A DNA stretch of 56,961 bases, filler included, from Sphacelaria rigidula (taxonomy: Eukaryota), in assembly GCA_964200075.2 (NCBI GenBank). It is 4 parts of 4 records of this genome, joined end to end, with 100 filler letters (N's around TTAATTAATTAA, not from the genome) between each part and the next. Parts side by side here need not be neighbours in the genome. Positions count along the whole stretch, not along the records: positions 28,536 to 42,699 come from CAXNAA020002418.1; positions 42,800 to 56,961 come from CAXNAA020002419.1; 2 more parts are not named here. One strand, written 5' to 3'. The position numbers and the translations under genes are program-made. Below are positions 39,201-49,000 of this stretch, one piece after another; position 1 is the first letter of the stretch; each line of letters starts with the position of its first letter. A model generated the notes under the pieces. That model did no database searches, was not told where the DNA came from, and was given only the letters and a program-made list of their open reading frames with translations.

Positions 39201-42099
39201 GCTCATACTCATGGCCAATCGTAAGAAGCGAAAAACGCCGCGGGAACATGTTGTGGCTCCACTATTTCAACCTCACTATTTCGGGTACGAAGCTCTCATC
39301 CATGAACCCTCTACGGAAACAAAGTGTTCATAGAGCGAGCCCCAGAGCTTTGTCAGTTCTGCCCAACAGCTATATTTGTGTCAAGAATGACGATGAAACG
39401 TGTATCTAGCCATAGTCGACGATGGCGACAAACAACCAGATAGATGGCCTCATGGGTAGTTGTGCGTCGCGCTCAGTACTAGCAGTTCTCTCGCGCGAAG
39501 GCGAGGGCAACGCAACGAGGCAGAGTAATTGCACTGCAGCACACCAGGCCCGCTATACCTTCGAACGCATGCATGACCGCAGGGGAGACGGAAGGAACAC
39601 GGGCGGCTGCAGCCACCGTCTCCTGCAAGCGAGTCGAATTCCTCTGGCTTGGTGATGGTCGTCACCGTATCCTTTGAATTGATTGAGCAACGGAGCGAGG
39701 GCGAGGGCGAGGGCGAGGGCGGTGGGGAGGGGGGGCGTACTCATTTGTTGCTTGCCTGGAGTCATTTGACCATCGACCACGCATCCCTTTCTAAACGGAA
39801 AGCGAGTGCAGGGGGCCAGGGGAGACACGTGCTCGAGAAACTAAGCATATGGTGAGTGTGAGGATGCCTTCAGCTGTCAATCGGGCGTCCCCCGCTACAG
39901 AACGAGCTTCACACGTGGACACGTAGCACCCTGTAGGACGAGCTGCACAGGGTTCTCCACAGTCTTTGTGAAAACTCCTGTGCAGCATTTGCAAACCCTA
40001 GTGCCTCTAATAGCATGTTGCATAGCGTTTTTGTCGAAACCCTGCAAGCAACCCTGTGGAGAGGCCTTCCCAACTTGAATTATTCCGAACATTTTTGGTA
40101 CAAAATCTGTAAATTTATTTTTTTGGAATAGTTTCTCCTGCTGTCCGAGATAAATGCTTTTCTGCCCGATTTGAATCGGGCAAAAAATCATGTATCTCGG
40201 ACAGCAGGACAGGAGAAGCTATTCAAAACAGATCCTTTTTTCGCCCAATTTATTTGGGCAAAAACAGGATCTATTTCGAACAGCTTCTTTTGCTGCGCAA
40301 ATCCCATGCACACTAGCATATTTGGAATTTGAACAGCAGAAGAAGAAGCTCGAAATAAATCTTCACCTTGCCCTCCATTTCATCCGGAGATTGAGGGAAA
40401 AGATATTTATTGCGAACAGCGACAGCGACAGCTGGGCATATCCCGCTTACTCCAACGTTATGAGCATATGGGATCCGACAAGCAGGGAAAATTGTTGAAA
40501 ATAATTCATCCTTTTGCACCCCGATCCGTGCACATGTGCTGGAGGATGAAATATTCTCAACAGCGTTTGCTGAATGGAGATCCGGCACACTGATTGCGAT
40601 CGAGTGTATGTCCCCACGCCTACGAGTTTAGATACCAAGCTTCTGCGTAAGACGTGTGTTCTTGGACGGGGATGTATACCTCGCATATGACTCCACATTG
40701 TTTTTGAAAACCCCGTGGTTCACAGTCTACCAACATCATTCAACCGAGTATGCTTTTGTTTAGAGAGTTTTTCCTTTAATAGGTATTAGAGGCACCGAAC
40801 ACGACTGTTGCGCATGATGACAACTCAGGTGGCTCGATGGGCAACCTGCCTTACTTTCTTCCTGATGGTGCAAGTACAATCCTCACTCCTGCCACTTCTC
40901 GACCATTTTTTCTGCCAGTACCATTCCCATGTTGTATGGAGTATAGTGTATGCGTGCTATAAGGCTGCACAGCACATTACCAGCGATGAACTCTAACCCT
41001 AACCATAGAGATGTTCAGGTTCTGGTGCGGTCCTCTAAGCACGCGGTCCTCTCACGCATACCAATGTTGTCCAAGCACGCCAGTGTCCGTCATTAGTGAG
41101 GGGAAAAGCGACCGTGGTGCAGCAGTATAGAACGTGATAGTGCCAACGAATACGCGCGGGGGTGTATGTTATCACCTCGTGTCGGGCACACTGCAGCTCG
41201 ATCGTCGATCCGATGGCACCCTTGGCTTGAAGGGTGGGGATCACCGATTCTGACCAGATCGTCCCGTTTTTAGCGCGCAACATACCTGCCGCAGTGGTGT
41301 TTTGTTTTCAATGGGAGGGCATATTATGGCGAATGTAGCCGATCTAAACGAACGAGAGGAGAGCCATGCAGGGTCCAGAAGAAGACGGAGGGAGTACTCG
41401 GTATCAACGGGGGTCAGACACGTACGGGAATGAAGAATGTGCGGGCTTCAGGGTACCTGGCATAATGTGAGGGAGGGCATAGGGAGGGGAGCGGGCGAGC
41501 TTAGTACTCAACTGGAGTTGACGTAAAAGCACTGTGACTGTTTCTAGTCTAGAAACAATGGTGTCGGGTCTTACCGGCATTTCCGATGATGTACATGCCG
41601 TGTTGCGCACGCGACAGCAGCACGTTTACACTGCACGCAGAATCAAAGGCGTCGGTTTCGCACAAAGTAAAAAATCGACGTGGGCATATGGAAGATGTTT
41701 GTCATGTCCGAGTCGCAGGGATAGTGTATCATGTGCGTATCTCAGGTTTGGGCCCTGCGTGAAAATTCCCATCGACATATATAGCAGGACAAGGTAGCAT
41801 TGCGGTGCACTGCCGCAACTTGCTGCTACTGACTGAATAAGATACCTTCGATTTCGGGCGATCGATTGACTGGTTGGTTGATTGTCTCACATAAGCTGAT
41901 TGCAACAATCCAGCCCATGGTCAGGAGCAGCAAAAAATATGCAGAATAAGATAGCTACGTTCGCTTAGTACATATACAGGACTGCGGTGGGCAAGGCACG
42001 GAAGCGTACCGATTCGAGGAGCGCAGGAAACCGATGTCACCGTTGGAGTTTGAACGGACAAGGCTGACGATGACGATCTTGCTCTCTTCTCCTTGGAAG
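28840..42099 (-). CDS. ZNFX1: ZNFX1-like UPF1-family SF1 RNA helicase with NF-X1 zinc fingers (internal portion; 5'- and 3'-partial)
   Basis: Fourteen phase-compatible GT-AG exons: 42099-42010, 41630-41575, 41285-41176, 39671-39559, 38045-37956, 37429-37313, 36527-36420, 35252-34982, 34695-34566, 31332-31227, 30208-30068, 29792-29681, 29553-29422, 28955-28840. They encode helicase motifs V/VI (FQGEESKIVIVSLVRSNSNGDIGFLRSSNRVNVLLSRAQHGMYIIGN), IGSTIELQCARH, GGCSRPCSFRLPCGHAC, repeated C..L.CGH.C fingers, CAPCAESCTWNCPH, LDCGHAY and CPDCRAPVMGVSRY, in the ZNFX1 order. Confidence 0.9.
30250..30282. repeat. (CA)n microsatellite
   Basis: Directly visible, in a ZNFX1 intron. Confidence 0.9.
35654..36242. 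mobile_element. MITE-like element (about 590 bp) with about 55-bp imperfect TIRs
   Basis: GTGCATGGTGCCAGA...CGTGCCACGGGCAC at the left pairs with GTGCCCGTGGAACG...TCTGGCACCATGCAC at the right. Confidence 0.65.
36279..36379 (-). mobile_element. Dispersed repeat family A copy
   Basis: cgagcctggtccggcgaaaacccggcgtactccgtcccggc...gcatgcaagatcatgagtacacc, with C-runs on both sides. Confidence 0.8.
39730..39797 (+). mobile_element. Dispersed repeat family B copy (short)
   Basis: ggggggcgtactcatttgttgcttgcctggagtcatttgaccatcgaccacgcatccctttc. Confidence 0.8.
40126..40287. other. Two overlapping long palindromes (foldback) in a ZNFX1 intron
   Basis: Hairpin 1 spans 40126-40224, centred on TGCCCGATT-TG-AATCGGGCA. 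Hairpin 2 spans 40215-40287, centred on GCCCAA-TTTAT-TTGGGC. Confidence 0.7.
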
Positions 42100-42237
42100 C
42101 TGAGCAACGCAACGGCGGAGGAAAGCAAGGTGCAAACAGTTGAGTGGCAACCAAGTGCAAGCAGTTTGCGTACCATAGTTTGCTATCTACATGAAAAATA
42201 TTAAGGATGCTCGCCGTAACTGACTTTTAGGAGGGGT

Positions 42238-42446
42238 GTAATGCGTGAGAGGACCGCGTGCTTAGAGGGCCGCGCCGTAGTTCAAAACACCTCAGGATCG
42301 ACGTTTTTCAAAACCAATCGGGTAAGTCCCTGGAGGTACCACGCCCCTGACCTCAACCTCAACCCTAACCGTAACCCTAACCCTGACCATAGGAAGGTTC
42401 AAATTCCGATGCGGTCCTCTAAGCACGCGGTCCTCTCACGCAGTAC
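42238..42446. mobile_element. MITE (about 209 bp) with 36-bp TIRs carrying internal CCCTAA telomere-like repeats; truncated second copy at about 40993-41058
   Basis: GTAATGCGTGAGAGGACCGCGTGCTTAGAGGGCCGC (42238-42273) versus GCGGTCCTCTAAGCACGCGGTCCTCTCACGCAGTAC (42411-42446), 2 mismatches. Internal aaccctaaccgtaaccctaaccctgacc. Confidence 0.8.
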
Positions 42447-42699
42447 GAGGGGGCACCAGCATCCCGTGCCACCCCTTGGAGTGGCGGCTCCAGCATGTGT
42501 GAGAGTATGCGCCTAGTGATGAGCCAGTCATCAGACAACGCCGGGCCATGGAATTGTACCGGGATATCTACCGAATGTTTCCCCGAGACAGTGATTAGTC
42601 CGGTTTCTCCTTCGCCGTGAGTACTCATCTCCTAGCATGATTGCGGGGGGGGGGGGGGGGGGGGTTTTTTGTCTATGCGGCTTACAAAAAACAAGAGGG

Positions 42700-42799
42700 N
42701 NNNNNNNNNNNNNNNNNNNNNNNNNNNNNNNNNNNNNNNNNNNTTAATTAATTAANNNNNNNNNNNNNNNNNNNNNNNNNNNNNNNNNNNNNNNNNNNN
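42700..42799. other. Artificial contig spacer N44-TTAATTAATTAA-N44
   Basis: Same 100-nt linker. Confidence 0.98.
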
Positions 42800-43025
42800 G
42801 CCTATGCCATGCCTGATCATGAGAACACCCCCCCCCCCTGCACATTGATTGTCATGCCCTTTCCGTCGCTAGCGAATCTGGCTACCTTTCAGAATTAGTT
42901 ATTGCCCGTGGCTAGGGTATCGCGTGACGTCAACCGCTACCCTCCTCCCGCGCACGGCAGACTGGTTGATGAACCCACCACCCATACCCCCCCCTCCTCT
43001 TATGAAAATATTTCCTGTGTCGTAG

Positions 43026-46000
43026 GCGCTGTCCGATCCTGCTTGCTACAACACCGCGGGAATTTTCTCGGAAGAAGCTTCGGAGTCAGAGCTGTTCAGA
43101 GTTGTGAAGAGCCTCGAAAAATCTAACCAAGTTCCAGATAGTTCCGCTGCGATTGGCCCGCCGGCTTGGCTAGTGTCCCTTGCGGGGGGTGGAGGTAGCG
43201 GCCATACTGCGGGGGGTGATACTGATGGGAGCGGGCGTACAGACAATGGAAAGGGCGGGGGTGGAGGTCACGGGCGGGGGGGGGGGGGGTCCGCGCATGC
43301 CCTCGCTATGGCGCTTCTTTTTTTTTTGCACAGGTTACCTGAGCCGCTGCTGACTTTTAGGAGACGGGAAGCTTTTTTGTCGTGCGAGGTAGGTCACAGG
43401 GTGTGTCATTTGCAATCGACGCAAGAGTTTTGTTATGTTGTTTTCAGCTTTCGGGTGCTGTATGTTCTGTTGAGTGTCTACTAGCTTGCAAGGGTTTTTG
43501 ACGGAGGGGGAAGCAGTGCAAGATATGCCGTACGCTTGGAACGAACGTGTGTTGATTTTTTAACCTTCCGCACCTCTCCATAGAATGCTGCTCACGCACT
43601 GATCGCGTTATTACCAAGGTACTAGCAAGAGCCCGAAACACAAGATTGTCTAGTTTCGAGAGTAGACTGTGTAATTAATGTGCGGGTTGGGCTTGCGGTG
43701 GGCAATAGCCATGTCATGAAGGTATTGACATATTGTCATTTGGAGGCATAACAGAACGTCACAACCCTCAGCCGCCATCCTACTGATAGCCTAACCAGCA
43801 TGTACCTGGTGCAAGCAGGGTTGTGGTCATCGTCTGCTGCGCAGGCAATGTGCGAGATCCACGCTAATATGACACAAAACGCTGCAAAGGTTCCTCTACC
43901 GAATACACCTTACTCGTGAGCTGTTGGCGTGATCACAATATTCGATTCAACGAATAACAGGTGATACCAGACGTGAAGGCAAGAGTCCGCAACGTAAAAC
44001 TTCTGGTGGAAGACTTGCCGTGGGCGCACAAACCGCTCTTGCTCGCTCTGATCGACCTCTTGGCCACGATGACGTCATCAACGGCATCTCCTAACGACCA
44101 TTCTTCCGAAACGGCACCTGTGGCCGTCGGCGGGGTAGCGATCATAGACGAAACGGATCTTTTCCATTCTGCCATTGAAGCAACTGGTGGGGTAACCGCT
44201 CGTGACGCGGCGGAATCTTTTGCTCCTGCATTACTCCGCCCCCCACCCGTGCCCAGCAACAGCCGCGGGCGCGGTGGTCACGGCAGCGGTACCGGATCGG
44301 CTAGTGACGGGGTGAGCCGAGGCGGTGAAACTAGTGTCGGTTGGGAAGAGGAGCTTGCGGCTACCAGCGTGGTGGAGTTGCTCTTGAGCGAACGGGATTC
44401 CGTTTTCAAGGATTTGAGAGCGGAGCAAGCTAATAGGTAGTGTGTCTTGTCCTCCTGGTGGTTTTTGCTGTGGTTTGGGGGGTGGTCCAGGCTGGAGGAA
44501 CGCTAGTGGCTGTCGAGGTGTCTCATTTGCTTGTTGTATTTTGTGCGGTATTGACGCAGGTGAAGTATGTCCGTTCTTGGTCTGCTCCCTCATACGGTGG
44601 ACATCAAGTAAACACAACGATGGAAATAACAATTTCCTGGCTGCTTCCGTCTGCTTGATTCCCCAATAGGCGCTCTTGCTTTTTCGTAAGCCCTCTGCGA
44701 TTGATGTACCGGAATAGTGGGGTGAACACTGCTCGGGAAAACTAACAACGCCTTTTGGCGCGGTGTCCCACCCTCCCTTTTCCTTCATTTTTTCGAAATT
44801 CCCCTCCCATGCACAGTGCTCCGTGTCGAAAGGGATGCGTGTTCAACGGTCAAATGACCAAGGCAAGCAACAAATGAGTATACCTTTCCCCCCTCCCCCC
44901 TGACGTCTGCGCCCCTGCTGACATTACTGAGCAGAGAGGAGAAGCTGTCCCAGAAAGTGAAGCGCTTGGGTCAGCTCCAGAGAATGCTAGCTGCGAAGGT
45001 GTTGCTGGAGCGCCGCGCGCACTTGGCCGTTGTCATCTCCATCTGGCGCAGGTTAAGTGTTCGAGCTGTAGCGGCCAGGCCTCACGCTTGACCCCTTTTT
45101 GCGCAATGTTGTTGTCATCGTGCCGTGGTCCATTCGTAATAAGCATGGAAATAGTATTAATAACAACGACAATAATAAGAATGAGAAAAAGAATAATAAG
45201 CACGGCCGTGCGTTGAATCGAAAGGCTGTCGTTCCATACCATGTTGAGCTACACTTTTCGGGCAGAGAGGCCTTGCGCAAGACATTATGCATAGAAGTTC
45301 ACGTTGCAGTTTGTAGCGGATGTCCTTTCCCCAAAACAGGATGTCAGACACCGCCTGATTCCTGGTCCAAGAGCGAAACGTCGGCCAGAGCACATCCTTA
45401 TGATGTAACCCTGCTACATGGTGGTCATCGTGTTTTGCGGAACTACTTCCATGAAGTTCTCAAGTGGAAAGCACACTGAAAATATCACGAATCCACATTT
45501 AGCCACGAAAAATGGCGATTTCAGAAAAATGAAGCGACAGTGGCATGAATACACAAAAAATTGCCACGGATGTCACCGGTCATCACCGCTGCTTGCAGGC
45601 GGGAAAGCACAGCAGGTTTTGAGTGCAATGGTCGATTTGAAGAGCATGGGCTCCACAGACCAAACAAGAGTGCGTGTGGTGAGGGCTGAGCACAAGAATA
45701 CCGCTGTACCGTAGCAGCACAGCAAAATCGTAGCACGACAGCTAAGTGCAGGACATGGCACTGCAACAGCGCACACAAGGATACGGTGCTACGGATATCG
45801 CTGGCCATCCCCACTCGCAGGGTGTTTAGTGCAAAACTACTCCAAGGCTCAAAACAAAAACGCACGGCAATAATCGAGCGTAGAAAAAATGTTCGGTAGA
45901 AACTGAGCAGAGGAAACCGTACCGTAACAGCTGAGTGCAGTACAGAACACCGCAGACGTCGCAGAGCACACAGTGCTGTGTGTGCAGCGTGACAACTGTT

Positions 46001-49000
46001 ACCTCAGCATGGTCGGGAACGAAGACGAATCACGAACGAGTTTCGTTCTGGTGTGTTACAGTGCCAAGAGCCGCCGGACTGGAAACAGAAGGCACTCATC
46101 ACACTCGACAGACAGGCACCCCAATCCGGTACATCATGCATGCAGCAGACAGCATACAGCGTGCTTATAGCAAAACCGTATCGCAACAGCTAAGTGCAGT
46201 ACGTAGCATTGCAGGCAGTGCAGTTTAGTAGCTAACGACCTCAAGTGCGACTGGCAGGTCCACCAACTCGCGTGGCCCGAAGTTTTGTTCATCGCGCCGC
46301 GTAGCGACACCTGAACCCCCAAGCCCGCGGCAACAGTTTGCTCTGAACTGTGACTGTCCGAGTAGACAAGAGCGCTGTGCCTTGTTTGAAGTCCATGCCG
46401 TTCACAGATACATGCTGCTGTAAATTTCCGCGCGCCTCTGCCATGGTAAACCTGTTTTCCGTTCGTACGTCGGCATGACGTCCATCAATAAGGGGTGGGT
46501 GCGTGCGTGCGTGGGGAACCAAAGTTGGGGATGATGACGTGTGCGAACAAATGACTCTGTGACCCACACATGTATGTACTGCGTGTACACGGAGTGAGAT
46601 TGAAGAGGTTGCTTGGGGCTGACTTGGCAAATACGACGACCACACGTACGGGTCGCCGAATTTGCGTGACCCGAGTTTGTTTCACGGCGCCACGTATCGG
46701 CGCTTGACCCCTCTTGCCCGCGGAAACACTCTCGTCGGTGTGATACTGCGGTTGTCTCTGCGGTAGGCGGGGACGTTGTACACTTGCTTGCGGTACATGA
46801 GAGCGAAACGCGCTGCTGTGAATTTCCACGGAAGTCGTCTGCTGTACAGTAGTGGGCGGTCTGACTATCCAGCGGGGTTTGGGGGTTTCCTCGCGTACTA
46901 CTCTTCTATAGAACTCGGAATTGCTAGCGTCGGGAAATTTAGATTTTGGTACAATAAACAGATCATCTTCGAAATACAGTGCCCAAGTTAGTGCTAGTTG
47001 GTGTTATCGGGCGAAACGAGTAGATACACCGTTCATCAGGAGGATGTTATTGACCGTGAAACACAGTTTTTCGGCTCTAGTGCAATGAGTAGGCAGAATT
47101 TCGATGAAATAAAACTTTACATTTTTTTGGAAATATGATCCGGACAGGCTCGATCGACCGAAAATACCGAAGAGTAAGAATCTGGACTGAAACTTCGCAG
47201 GACCCCCGATGAACGGTCAGCCCGTAAGTCACTCAATATTGAGTACAGATGTATTTTTTTTCTTGGGATGTGGAGCGGATACAAATATCTTGAGATCGCC
47301 AATTACGAAGAAATCACAAAATGCCTCAAAATGAATAGTTAAACCGCCCACTGCTGTACACGTCTTCTTCATCTTGTACGGCAGCATGACGTCAATCACT
47401 GGGTGCACTTTGGTTTTTTCAAAAATCTCGTCCATGCATGCCTCGTCACAGAGGAGTGCGGAAGTGATTTACTGTATTTTGAACACAGCTCTTCTAAAAT
47501 ACACCTCTTGTCCTTTTTCATTCGGGAGCATGAGATCAACCGATTGGTGGGGGCGGTATAGTTTTGGTGGCCCATCACCGATCACCGCGGATGAGTGCGA
47601 CCGCGGGTGATTTACTGCGCACTCTATATAGCTTTCAGCACACACTTTTCAGTCACTTCCCCTGTGGTACAAACGCGTATTGGAAGGTTTTGGGGCTGAG
47701 CTTTCATTATCCGGAACATTCACTAAACAAGCGTGACCCATCCTTTTTCGATTGTCAACCCTCCCAAACTCACGAGTCAATATCAAATCGCTTATTACGG
47801 TGACATGACATGCTACTGGCATAGCCGTTGATTGCTGCGTACTAATCCTACACAGAAGTATGAGGGCAACCTAGGCAGCAACCTTGGACACTTTGTTATC
47901 GGTAAGCGGACCAGCACTGTGGCACCCTGTCGACTCTTGCCGGATGTCCGTTGCTCTCCGCATCCTCACGCTGTCGAAGGCGAAAACCACGTTCTGCTCC
48001 AAAATACTTGTATCTGTAGGCATTCGAATCCACACCCTTCTGCCCTGACTGACGTACTGCTGTACCACTTGGACCACCAGAGCGCAGCGGTAAATCAACT
48101 TTGATGGAATTTGTCAAAATTTTCCCCATCGCACCGCACGGTGTCTCCCAACGCAGGCTAGAAACTGCCGAAAAAAAACTGCTACAGGGAGCAACTGCAG
48201 AAGACGAAGCTAGTGTTGGGCTACAGCCGATCTCGGACACGAAGGGACCCGGCCGCGGCTACGAACCAACCGAGTCGTCGGCATCTAAGAGCGTAGGTGT
48301 CGGGATTCCATCCAATCTCTCTGGGGGGGGGGGCGGTTTGAAAACCACCGGACCGTGTGGACCGCGGTCCCCTATGAACGTAGACGAAGACGTTCGTGAG
48401 TTGGAGAATATGTTTCTCGGGATTGAAGGAGATGATCCTTCTTGGGCCGACGGAGACACCAAGAGCGTTTCCAACAACGACGTTCCCGGCGATGACGCCA
48501 CCTCTGCTGCAGCAAGGGAATTGCGAGAACAAATCGACCACGACATGCAGGGAACAAGCGTAAGCATGGAAGGTGAAGGTGCTGCCGAAACAGGTGCGGG
48601 TTCGGACATTGCGGGAAAGGTGTTTGATGCCGGTAAAAGCACGATGCAAGCGTTCTCCATCGAAGAAGACGAAGGCGAAGGAGCGGCAGCAGAGAAGCTG
48701 GCGGTGGGCCACGGCAACAGCACTGCCGTACGAGACGAACACGGTACGCTGGTGACGACAAGCAGGAGGGGTGGTAGTAGACGCGATGTTGACAGTGACT
48801 TCGAAGACACGGAGAAACTCTTGGGATCCATTGCGGAGTCGCTGACGCCTACTCCTGGAGCTACTCCGCTTGAAAAGGGCGCTAATGGTAGCAACACCGA
48901 CCACGTGTCATCATCTCTGGCCATCACAAAATCGGAGCTAGCGCTGGTGAACCTCATGGTCGAGGCCGGGGAAGAGTCTGGAGAAATGCTCGCCACAGCT

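Noticed and set aside
40313-40720. Possible transposase remnants (MWSHMRGIHP, BED-finger-like; ICPAVAVAVRNKYLFPQSPDE, Harbinger-like)
   Set aside because: The resemblances are short and point to different superfamilies; unsupported without a profile search.
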